In this document: piece by piece, positions 1 through 10,415 of the stretch
Numbering within the stretch: position 1 is the stretch's first letter
Layout of the letters: each line of letters begins with the position of its first letter
From: Eimeria praecox
Taxonomy: Eukaryota
Length of the DNA stretch: 64,000 bases
Assembly: GCA_963920595.1 (NCBI GenBank)
Contig: OY986947.1
Coordinates: forward strand, 2,108,001 to 2,172,000
Reading direction: 5' to 3'
Notes under the pieces: model-generated
The model's database searches: none
What the model was told of the DNA's origin: nothing
What the model saw: the letters and a program-made list of their open reading frames with translations, nothing else
Made by a program: the position numbers and the translations under genes

Positions 1-1799
1 CAGTGTGAACCTACTAGGTATGCATGGGCCAAGTGTAACACCGTGCAGCCCCATTCACTACAGTTTCCCTGCTATGGGAGAAACGAGGCCAAACGCAGGG
101 TGCGAAGGAGGAGGTTTCCGTTCTTCTTTCGTTTCTGGCGGAGTGAATTCAAGGAGAGCACTGTTATTAAGGCTTGCTTATCAAGGATAAATGCAGTTAC
201 AGGGTTACTTCAGGGTTGTTGGTAGTTGCGTAGGTATTGCCCCTAGCGATGGTGCCTATGCTGGCCCTGGAGGGCTCCAAGCAAGGCCCATCTAGATCAT
301 ACACGCATTTCAAATTGCGCGCATTCACGCGTGTGCTGAGTGCAAAGTATGTTTCAACAATTTTCCGCCAGTGGCTGCTGAGTGTAAATTAGGTTTCAAC
401 AAATCCCCACCAGTGTTGCTGCGTGCATCAGAGGACGGCTTTTGCTTTGCTTGCGTGTTTGGCCCACCGCGAAGCATGATCTGCGGGATGTTAGCATACT
501 CACTTGTACTTGCTCGCCGGCTGGATATTGAAGCTCAGTTAATTGTTTAACAATTGTCTACAGTGTTGGCTCAGGCACCCATGTAGTTGGGTTATGCCTG
601 CATGTGGGGTTGCACCACGAGTTGCAAATTGTGCAGATGCAGCTGCAACAAGCAGTGTTGCATCTCATGACAGACCGCTTCCTCTCCCCAGCAGCAGCAG
701 GGGCTTCAAGTCCTTCTACCGCTGCGACCAGGTTGTCTGGAGACAGGAGGAAAGGTAAGTTGCTGTTTTTTGGGGGAGCGTTTGCCTTAGGTGCTTTTAC
801 TCCAATGCACCTCACAATAACCCTCGGCTGAGATGGCATACCCTTGCTGCACGGGCTGTCACGAGCTGCAGTGCATCTTACTGTAACCCTGCTGCAAGGC
901 AGCCCCGTACTGAAGAGTAGCAAAGCCCCTTTTCGATGCATGAACTAACACTGGTGTTAAACACTTGCTTGGCCCTCAGTATCCAGCCTGCACGCAAGTG
1001 GAAATGTATCTGGCCTTAAACTTGCCACGATGCATAAGCCTTTGAGCTCCGAACATTTAGTAGCATCTCCATTGCTGCAACACGTTGGAAACATTAAAAA
1101 ACTCCCGTACGGATTACGTACGGTAATAGTTGGTCCGATGCAGTTCCGCTCGCGTGCAACAACTTAAGGGAGACCGTATTCGAAGAAATATTTTGAAGCT
1201 TACAGGCTTCAGTAGGTTCCTCCCTCTCAGCATATGGCATTTGCATGCAAATTGAAATCCCATGGAAGGAATCTGCCCGCAGAAGTGGATGCGCTAAAAG
1301 TGGGCAAGAATGATCGCTCGCAAGGTTACACGGGGACGAGTATTCTTCAAACAAAACTACCGCGCAGTTCAGGCCAGTAAAACGCTCATAGAAGTGTTGG
1401 TAAACCAACTAGGCGGAAGAAAAAAGACACGCATTGCAGCCGGCCCCCCCCAAAAGTAGTACCGCCCAGGATGCGCTTTCCCAGCAGCTAAGAACCAAAC
1501 TTTAGGGGCATTAGAATATGTATGCCATGTCCGAAACAGACGTGTGCGCCAACAACTTTGCCGTCCTGTTGACGGAATTTACAGGCAATCTAAGGAGCCT
1601 AGCATAAATCTAAAGAAATGCAGTATAAATTACTTATTCGTTTTGGTAAATTCGGATAGATTTTCAGAACAAACTGGTAGACAATCGAACAATTGCCCTC
1701 CGTACATCTAAACTATGAAGCAATAGATGCTGGCGTTGTTAAATTCGAGGGGTATTTGCAGAGCACAGTGGTTGAAGTGTTAGGGAGCATTTTAGATAC

Positions 1800-1871
1800 A
1801 GCACCGTAGCTCAGTGGGAGAGTGGGGGGCTCATAACCCCCAGGTCCATGGATCGAAACCATGCGGTGCTA
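1800..1871 (+). tRNA. tRNA-iMet: Initiator tRNA-Met (CAT), copy 1
   Basis: Cloverleaf AGCACCG/CGGTGCT acceptor stem with A1-U72, GGGGG-CTCATAA-CCCCC anticodon arm, T-loop ATCGAAA (A54/A60), discriminator A: eukaryotic initiator hallmarks. Confidence 0.96.
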
Positions 1872-3082
1872 CTAGAACTTCTGACTATTACCCAAACTGC
1901 CCTACTTTCATTAGCGCCCTGCGTTGTATTTCCAAACCAAGCTTTGCCACAGCAAAAAACACTTTATCGCCACTACATCTGAGCTGTTCAATGATCTTAT
2001 GGGAACTAAACCTCTCGTTAGGCTCCAAGTGGCAGCCCCTTTCGAATCACAGAGCAGCTATCTGTAGCCATCATCATCTTTGCCAGACCCCTTAGAATCC
2101 AGTGGAAAAGTAACTTCTTAAAACTTACAACTACAGAAGGCCTGTTACAGCCTACTGTTGAAAAGGCTAGGTAAGTGTTGGCTGCTTGGTGCCGAAGGCA
2201 CGATGGAAGACGGAAATGCCTTAGAATGTTTCTCATAATGCAGGCCGCCTTCAGTCAGGCATGCCGATGTGCACACAAAGCCAAAGTCTAGCAAGGGTGT
2301 GCATGCAGCCAATATTTATTTTCAAGAAAACTGAAATCCGCAATTGCTTACTGATATGTGCACTCATCGGCGCGTAGAAGTGTAAAGGAAGCACGCACTG
2401 CATCTGTGCACGCATATGTATTTGTGGGAAGTCAAATGCATACTCATACTCCACAGAAAAGCAACGATTATGCAGGGAAAAAAAAGTCACAAGAACATAT
2501 AAGCAGTGCAAGGGTTCACGTGCGGTTGGCTCGTGATCAAAGTCTGGGTTCACACCAAGCAGCATACACAAGCAAGCGCGCACGCATGCTTAAATGACAC
2601 AGCGAATAACAATGACGTTTTCAGCTTGTCCTTGGAGTATTTTGAAACTTCTTCCTCCGATTGTTGGAGCGCCCTCTACCGCATGCACCGCAGGACTAGC
2701 TCACGCAGATGCAGTCATAAAAAGGAATTTGAAATGACGGGAAGATATTGCTGTTTACAGACAACTGGCAGGCCTGTCTTCCCCAAGAAATAGGCAGTCA
2801 GCTCAAGTTCTATTAGGAACAAGCGCGGAGGTGACAAAGACTTGGTCAAGAAGTAAGGAGGAGACCCGATACATGCATCCATCCAACTCATTTTAAGGTA
2901 TGTAGAGCGCAGGGCCGCCACTGAAAAAGTGCCCACTTTTCCCAGGGCGGCCTGAGCAGCATAGATACCTCAAAAGAGCCGTGCGCGCTGCACCTGCAAG
3001 GCAGACGAACCTGAAGCCAAACAATCCTAGCTGGAACACCTTTCAAGTAAAACATATGGATACGTAAATAGCATGCTCCCCT

Positions 3083-5323
3083 TCAGCCACTGTCAGAGTC
3101 ACTGTCAAGCCAGGGTGACTCTTCAAGAACGTCTTGATGCGGCTCCTGCATTTGCACTCCTAGAAGGCTAGACACTGCCGATCGCGGCCCGGACGGGCCC
3201 TCCGTGCTATCCTTGCTTCCACCCACTCCTTGTTCCACTGAATGGAGGTCGGCGGGCCTCCTCGATGGCGCTGAGGAGCTGGGAAAACGCATCGGCTGAT
3301 CTGTCTGCCCCTTCATTAGCGAAGACAAAGTAGAACCAGAAGAAGCAGCAAGGGTAGATGTTGGCTGGGGATGGGCGATCTTGTGGCTTTCTGCAGGTGG
3401 CGACTGTGATCCCGAGGAATAGAGCAACGCAACAGCTTCTGCGGCAATTGACTGTGGATTAGTGAAGGGAAACGAAGATGAAGGAGATGTGTGTTGAGAT
3501 ATAGGCGTCCACACTTGGCCAACCTGATTTTGGGGGGCCTGATGTGAACTGGCTCCCTCTACGGTGCCAGCCATATATGCTGGCCTTCCGAAAGCTTGAT
3601 ATGGGCCCGGAAGGAGAGGCGAATACGGGGACCAGGTGCTAGACCATGGCCACGTTGGTGCTTCCTCGGGCACGCCAAAGCGCATTTCAGTTTGCCTTCT
3701 GAGACCTGCTGCCTCCAATGTTTCTTCTTCGGCTGGCACAGTTGGCTGTGATCTCGTGGTCAAAGAAGAAATGGATGCAAGGCCAGAAGAGGAGCGACCG
3801 CTCCAGGGTGGAGTAGGGCCTGTGGGGCCTAGCGTCAGCTTCGACACAGTTGTTTCTAGTTCAGGGAATGGCGGACTAGGAGGCTCGGTGCTAGGAGGAG
3901 CTTGGTGGGGCGGCGCATGAGATGCCTGCAAGGGTTTTGCTTTATATGAAGGGTATAAGCCTTCTGGCATCGGATCACCCTGTGTTGGGAGAGTTGTGCC
4001 TGTTTTCGTTAGACTATCTTGCGACTCCGTTTCTTGACTTTTGCCTGTGAAGCCACGTTTCTGGCGTTTAAATCGTGGAGGTACTTCGCGCCCTCGGTTG
4101 TTGGGTCCTGAGCTTGCTTTTGAGCCATTGACACCTCTAGTGACAGTGGGCTGCCGGGCGGGGGCTTCACGTTGCCTTGCGGGGAATCCTAATTCCGGAT
4201 CTGGGGCCGTTGAAGAACTCTTCGGAGTCTGTTCGAAACTCTGTGCTACCCACGACTCATCGAGTGCCAACTCGGCAAGTTGTTCTTCCAGTGTCTTCTG
4301 GGGTTTTTTGTCTAGGCTTTCGATACTTGCCGAAAACACTAGGATTGACCGGTTATGTTCTTCTTCATAGGCACGCAGCGAGCTACTCAAATGCTTACTT
4401 CTGAACACCTGAGTACGGCGCGTGTAGATAATGAGCCTTAGTCGATCGACAATCACGTGCGCGAGTTCCTCGGCAAGCTGGGTTGCCGGGCGCTGGAGCT
4501 GCAACACTGACGAAATCTCAGCCTCTAGGAGTCCTAGAGCTTTTTCCTGAAGAAGTAGAAGATCACTCAGCATCGGTAAAAGCACCTCGTTGGCGAGGGG
4601 AGGACCGTTCGGGTCATCATCCCATATTTTCCTGGCAAATTGCAAGAGGCGAGATACTTGCATGTTCTGTGCCTTCGTGGCCTTCTTGCCGTGTTTTTGA
4701 CAAGCCCTTTTGGCATGCAAAGCTTCTGCTACAGCTGTCTGAATGATCTCCGCCTTATGTCCCTCGAACTGCATTCCCAGAAGGGACGACAAAGCGGCGG
4801 CTTCTTGAATGCAGAGTCCCAATGAAAGATCGATTATCCTGAAGTTGTATGGCAGAGGAAACAAAACAGCAACAGAGGAGAAATCTTTCGTCACTTGTAC
4901 CAGTCTGCGCACCACATCTTCAGTCCGTTGTTGCATAGTACGTTCAAACTCATCATCAATGGCACCTGCAAGTGGCTGGGTGTCCCAACACGGCAATTCG
5001 CGCCCAGAACCTTCTCCTTCAGCCAATGACCTCACAGGTTCCTTCCCAGGGCTGTTCACAACGACAACCTGACGATAACAACGGAGTAACACAAATGCCA
5101 CGGCAAGAGCAGACAAGAGGAGCTGAGCTGCCAGTTGTAAGTTCCTTTCTAACCGCCAGAATGGCCGCTTAACTTTGGCGTGAAATACAGGTGCGCTTGC
5201 CCGAGCTCTCCATTTTCCCAGGGTTTCATCTCTACTGTCCCACGGTGAAGGAACTGTGTCCATGCTACTAGGGGATGCAGCTGCATATGGGCTCGAAGTA
5301 GATATCTCTGTTTGTCTGTGCAT
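3083..5323 (-). CDS. Eimeria-specific family protein, member 1 (746 aa; recessed hydrophobic segment, RSLAE motif, helical core, Pro/Ser-rich tail)
   Basis: Long single-exon ORF. The track start at 5332 is TTG; the first ATG is 5323 (MHRQTEIS), matching the paralog starts. Motifs VLLRC, RSLAE, QEAAAL, LLLLQE, YTRRTQVFRS are shared with paralogs. Confidence 0.85.
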   Translation of the reverse strand: MHRQTEISTSSPYAAASPSSMDTVPSPWDSRDETLGKWRARASAPVFHAKVKRPFWRLERNLQLAAQLLLSALAVAFVLLRCYRQVVVVNSPGKEPVRSLAEGEGSGRELPCWDTQPLAGAIDDEFERTMQQRTEDVVRRLVQVTKDFSSVAVLFPLPYNFRIIDLSLGLCIQEAAALSSLLGMQFEGHKAEIIQTAVAEALHAKRACQKHGKKATKAQNMQVSRLLQFARKIWDDDPNGPPLANEVLLPMLSDLLLLQEKALGLLEAEISSVLQLQRPATQLAEELAHVIVDRLRLIIYTRRTQVFRSKHLSSSLRAYEEEHNRSILVFSASIESLDKKPQKTLEEQLAELALDESWVAQSFEQTPKSSSTAPDPELGFPARQREAPARQPTVTRGVNGSKASSGPNNRGREVPPRFKRQKRGFTGKSQETESQDSLTKTGTTLPTQGDPMPEGLYPSYKAKPLQASHAPPHQAPPSTEPPSPPFPELETTVSKLTLGPTGPTPPWSGRSSSGLASISSLTTRSQPTVPAEEETLEAAGLRRQTEMRFGVPEEAPTWPWSSTWSPYSPLLPGPYQAFGRPAYMAGTVEGASSHQAPQNQVGQVWTPISQHTSPSSSFPFTNPQSIAAEAVALLYSSGSQSPPAESHKIAHPQPTSTLAASSGSTLSSLMKGQTDQPMRFPSSSAPSRRPADLHSVEQGVGGSKDSTEGPSGPRSAVSSLLGVQMQEPHQDVLEESPWLDSDSDSG

Positions 5324-6901
5324 AACCGACAAGCAGTGAGTCTTCCCCTCAGCTTATGCATCGGTTTAGTGGCAAGAAAACAGGGAAAACTGTCAAGAGC
5401 GCCCATACAAAACTACCTCGCAGGACAGGAAAAAGAAGCACAAGCGTCCCTTAAGCCCTCACAATTAGCAAATGCTCCGGCGTCCTTAGCCCAGAGCGAA
5501 AGGGAAGCATTCGGAAAAAGTAACCCCTTAGAGATTTATTGACCCATTTAACAGCAAACAGAGGTGTACTGGAATGCATGAGCTAGTCTGCGGCACGGAA
5601 CAAAGTGAGGCAAGACCTGCGCGTCCCCCCAGCGGCGCCCGCCGATCCTGGCCCGCGCCTGCCGATCGATTTTCCACTATCCTTGAATTGATGCATTTGT
5701 TTGTCGGCAATTGCATACCAACCACCCAATTCTAGTTTAAAAGAGCAACTCAAATCGATTGAGCTAAGTTCTTTGCAGCAGTGAACGGTTTCAGTTCCTG
5801 CTAGAACATTAACATTTAGAGTGTCGAATGTCTCTGACACAGCAGGTTTCGGTTAGACGCTCCGCATGCACCCAGCGCCGTTCATTGCTACTTTGATATA
5901 TTTCAAGGATCATGCAGGTTTAAAAAACGTATTTCAGGCGTCTGTTTCATTTCGTGGTTTCTGTGCGGGTTCATTGGAAGCAGGGAGGCTGTAGCTGCCG
6001 CACGGCCTGCAGTATGGTTTGCCTACTTGGTATAACCATTTCTACTTGCATGCAGCGGGCGTGATGCTGAGGGCTAAGTAACAACCCAGCCACTGCGCAC
6101 AGTACTGCTGAATGCGTCAAAAAGGGATTTTGGCATGCTGGCACTCATGGTTGCCTTGCAGCAGGAGTGCCGCTCTGGCGTGCTGTGTGTGAAGGTGGGA
6201 CCTGTGCACAAGCTTGCGTGCAGCTTTGATGCAAAAGCCCAATTAAGTGCTTAACGATTTTCCCAAACCTTATCGCATGCTGCAGAGGAGACTTGGCTGT
6301 GTGGGGTTACCTTGCAGCAAGGTGTTTTTGTAGCGAGTGCTTTCTATCCTTGCTGAGGACCGTTGCGAGCTGCAGTAGGTACAAAGATTTTAAGGGAAAT
6401 CCCCCCAATTGCAGGTAATATCCCCTTACGCCTCCAGGCGTCCAGCGCAGAGCGGCCTCAGGACCTGGAGCCGTTGGGGACACAGGCCTGCCTCTCATGA
6501 CCTGCAACCTACCTTGATCCACTGACTGCTGCAAGCCAGCCCCCGAGTATGCGCAACCAATCTCCCTCTTGCTGAATGCCCCAACACTAACAGTGTAGGC
6601 TACACAGTAATATGGTGCTGAACGTTGTTAAACACTTGCTTAGCCCAACATAGGCGTCCTGCGAGCCAGTTGACATACGAGTACCAACATTAAGCAGAAT
6701 GTGTTGCAAATACGCGTTTCGTGTAGCAAATATATCATCAAATGCCTTGGGCGCCGAGTGAATTTTCGACAGCATTTTCAGGCAGCCCAAGGAGACTCAC
6801 ACAAATCTAAACAAATGTAGAGCAATACGTGCTGGCGTTGTTAAGTTCGAGGGGTATTTTCATAGCACAGTGGTTGAAGTGTTAGGGAACATTTTAGATG
6901 C

Positions 6902-6973
6902 AGCACCGTAGCTCAGTGGGAGAGTGGGGGGCTCATAACCCCCAGGTCCATGGATCGAAACCATGCGGTGCTA
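6902..6973 (+). tRNA. tRNA-iMet: Initiator tRNA-Met (CAT), copy 2
   Basis: Identical 72-nt sequence to copy 1. Confidence 0.96.
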
Positions 6974-8183
6974 CTAGAACTTCTGACTATTACCCAAATT
7001 GCCCTACTTTCATTAGCGCCCTGCGTTGTATTTCCAAACCAAGCTTTGCCACAGCAAAAAACACTTTATCGCCACTACATCTGAGCTATTCAACGAGCTT
7101 ATGGGAACTAAACCTCTCGTTAGGCTCCAAGTGACAGCCCCTTTCAAATCACAAAGCAGCTATCTGTAGCCATCATCATCTTTGCCGGACCTCTTAGAAT
7201 CCAGTGGAAAAGTAGCTTCTTAAAACTTACAACTACAGAAGGCCTGTTACAGCCTACTGTTGAAAAGGCTAGGTAAGTGTTGGTTGCTTGGCGCCGAAGG
7301 GACGATGGAAGACGGAAATGCCTTAGAATGTTTCTCATAATGCAGGCCGCCTTCAGTCAGGCATGCCGATGTGCACACAAAGCCAAAGTCTAGCAAGGGT
7401 GTGCATGCAGCCAATATTTATTTTTAAGAAAACTGAAATCCGCAATTGCTTACTGATATGTGCACTCATCGGCGCGTAGAAGTGTAAAGGAAGCACGCAC
7501 TGCATCTGTGCACGCATATGTATTTGTGGGAAGTCAAATGCATACTCATACTCCACAGAAAAGCAACGATTATGCAGGGAAAAAAAGTCGCAAGAACATA
7601 TAAGCAGTGCAAGGGTTCACGTGCGGTTGGCTCGTGATCAAAGTCTGGGTTTACTCCAAGCCGCATACACAAAGAGGCCTGCAAGCATGCTTAAATGACA
7701 CAGCGAATAACGATGACGTTTTCAGCTTGTCCTTGGACTACCTTGAAACTTCTTCCTCCGATTGTTGGAGCGCCCTCTACTACATGCACCGCAGGACGAG
7801 CTCACGCAGATGCAGTCATAAAAAGGAATTTGAAATGACGGGAAGATATTGCTGTTTTCAGACAACTGGCAGGCCTGTCTTCCCCAAGAAATAGGCAGTC
7901 AGCTCAAGTTCTATTAGGAACAAGCGCGGAGGTGACAAAGACTTGGTCAAGAAGTAAGGAGGAGACCCGATACATGCATCCATCCAACTCATTTTAAGGT
8001 ATGTAGAGCGCAGCGCCGCCACTGAAAAAGTGCCCACTTTTCCCAGGGCGGCCTGAGCAGCACAGATACCTCAAAAGAGCCATGCGCGCTGCACCTGCAA
8101 GGCAGACGAACCTGAAGCCAAACAATCCCAGCTGGAACACCTTTCAAGTAAAACATATGGATACGTAAATAGCATGCTCCCCT

Positions 8184-10415
8184 TCAGCCACTGTCAGAGT
8201 CACTGTCAAGCCAGGGTGACTCTTCAAGAACGTCTTGATGCGGCTCCTGCATTTGCACTCCTAGAAGGCTAGACACTGCCGATCGCGGCCCGGACGGGCC
8301 CTGCATGCTATCATTGCTTCCACCCACTCCTTGTTCCACTGAATGGAGGTCGGCGGGCCTCCTCGATGGCGCTGAGGAGCTGGGGAAACCCATCGGCTGA
8401 ACTGTCTGCCCCTTCACTAGCGAAGACAAAGTAGAACCAGAAGAAGCAGCAAGGGTAGATGTTGGCTGGGGACGGTCGATCTTGTGGCTTTCTGCAGGTG
8501 GCGACTGTGATCCCGAGGAATAAAGCAGCGCAGCAGCTTCTGCGGCAATTGACTGTGGATTAGTGAAGGGAAACGAAGATGAAGGAGAGGAGTGTTGAGA
8601 TATAGGCGTCCACACTTGGCCAACCTGATTTGGGGGGGCCTGATGTGAACTGGCTCCCTCTACGGTGCCAGCCATATATGCTGGCCTTCCGAAAGCTTGA
8701 TGTGGGCCCGGAAGGAGAGGCGAATACGGGGACCAGGTGCTAGACCATGGCCACGTTGGTGCTTCCTTGGGCACGCCAAAGCGCATTTCAGTTTGCCTTC
8801 TCGGGCCTGATGCCTCCAATGTTTCTTTTTCTTCTTCGGCTGGCACAGTTGGCTGTGGTCTCGCGTCTAAAGAAGAAGTGGATGCAAGGCCAGAAGAGGA
8901 GCGACCGCTCCAGGGTGGAGTAGGGCCTGTGGGGCCTAGTGTTTGCTTGGAGCCAGCTGTTTCTAGTTTAGGGAATGGCGGACGAGGAGGGTAGGTGATA
9001 GAAGGAGCTTGGTGGGACGTTGCATGAGATGCCTGCAAGGGTTTTGCTTTATGTGAAGGGTAGAAGCCTCCTAGCATCTGCCGAGACGTTTCAGGGTGCG
9101 AAGAATGCGGCTTTGTCTGGGTTTGGTGCGTCCCCTTTTCATGTGTGCTGCGTCCGGAGATATCGTCCTTGCCAGCAAGCCGTGGAGGCACGTTGAATCC
9201 TCTGCGGCGGCATCGAGAGCTTGTACTCAAGTTAGGAGGACTCTGCATGGATTGGGACTTGTCTTCTTTTGCTGGGGTTCCTTCTTTCTGAGGAGAGGAC
9301 TGTTGCAAAGAGGCTTGAGGCCGCCGAAATGGCACATTAACCCACAATGCACCGGTAACCAGGTTGTCAAGCTTCTCTTCTAAGGTCTGCTCAGGTTCTT
9401 CCTCTAGCAAACGGATATTCAACGGATCCGTCAGCTTTCCCCGAGCACGCTTTTCTTCAAGGCCTCGCAGAAAGTGACTCAAATGGTTGCTCCTGAATAC
9501 TTGATCACGCCGGGTGTAGATGAGCCGTTTCATTTCCTGGATCAAGCTGTACGCGGCTTCCTCGTCAATTAGCTTTCTTGCGCGTTTGTGCTGCGAGCTT
9601 GAGATGGCGGCCTCGATGAGCTCTAGAGCCTTTTCCTGAAGCGTCAGAAGTTCTTGCAGCATTGTGAAACGCACATGATCCGCGAGGGGAGGATATGTAG
9701 GGGCAGAATTCAATACTTCTCTAGCGTACTGAATGAGCCGAGATACCTGCCGGAACTGCCCATTTGAGGCTCGGTCCTTACAGCGCACCCTAACCTTCAA
9801 AGCTTCCTCTATAACTGTCTCCAGAACCTCTGCCTTTCCATCCTTAAACGCTTTCCCTAGCAGCGATTCCAGAGCGGCGACTTCTTGAATGCAAAGCCCC
9901 AAAAACAGATCGATTGCCAACATACTATATCGCGACGGGAGCAGAGCAGCAACAGGCAAGCCACCTCTCACTGTTTGTACCATTTTTCTCACCACATCTT
10001 CAGTCTGCTGCTGCACAGCAAGTTCAATGCTATCACTGCCTCCTACAAGTGACTGGCTGCCTTCCAAGTGCGCTCCCCAGCATCGAGTTTCTCGCCCAGC
10101 CCCTTCCTCCTCAGCCAGAGATCTCAGAGGGCCTTTTCCAGGGATGCTCAAAACCGCTAGCTGAAGATAACAACGGAGTAGCATAAAGGCCACAGTAAGA
10201 GCAGCCACGGGAAGCAAAGTTGCCAGTTGCAAATTCCGGTGCACCCGCCGAAATCTTCGTTTGGCTGTGGCATGGAGTGCAGACCCACTCGCCTGAGCTC
10301 TCCATTTTTCCAGGGCTTCACTGCTACTGTCAAATTTCAAATGACCGGCTTCCATGCTACCTGGGGCTGCAGCTCCACAAGGACTCGAGGAGGATATCTC
10401 TGCTCGCCCTTGCAT
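8184..10415 (-). CDS. Eimeria-specific family protein, member 2 (743 aa)
   Basis: Track start 10451 is GTG; first ATG is 10415 (MQGRAEIS). Motifs MLLRC, RSLAE, QEVAAL, LLTLQE, YTRRDQVFRS. The C-terminal ~290 aa are nearly identical to member 1. Confidence 0.85.
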   Translation of the reverse strand: MQGRAEISSSSPCGAAAPGSMEAGHLKFDSSSEALEKWRAQASGSALHATAKRRFRRVHRNLQLATLLPVAALTVAFMLLRCYLQLAVLSIPGKGPLRSLAEEEGAGRETRCWGAHLEGSQSLVGGSDSIELAVQQQTEDVVRKMVQTVRGGLPVAALLPSRYSMLAIDLFLGLCIQEVAALESLLGKAFKDGKAEVLETVIEEALKVRVRCKDRASNGQFRQVSRLIQYAREVLNSAPTYPPLADHVRFTMLQELLTLQEKALELIEAAISSSQHKRARKLIDEEAAYSLIQEMKRLIYTRRDQVFRSNHLSHFLRGLEEKRARGKLTDPLNIRLLEEEPEQTLEEKLDNLVTGALWVNVPFRRPQASLQQSSPQKEGTPAKEDKSQSMQSPPNLSTSSRCRRRGFNVPPRLAGKDDISGRSTHEKGTHQTQTKPHSSHPETSRQMLGGFYPSHKAKPLQASHATSHQAPSITYPPRPPFPKLETAGSKQTLGPTGPTPPWSGRSSSGLASTSSLDARPQPTVPAEEEKETLEASGPRRQTEMRFGVPKEAPTWPWSSTWSPYSPLLPGPHQAFGRPAYMAGTVEGASSHQAPPNQVGQVWTPISQHSSPSSSFPFTNPQSIAAEAAALLYSSGSQSPPAESHKIDRPQPTSTLAASSGSTLSSLVKGQTVQPMGFPSSSAPSRRPADLHSVEQGVGGSNDSMQGPSGPRSAVSSLLGVQMQEPHQDVLEESPWLDSDSDSG

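Noticed and set aside
2004..2016. AACTAAACCTC in the tRNA trailer as a telomerase RNA template
   Set aside because: Does not match CTAAACCCT and is not conserved in unit 4 (CACTAAGCCTC).
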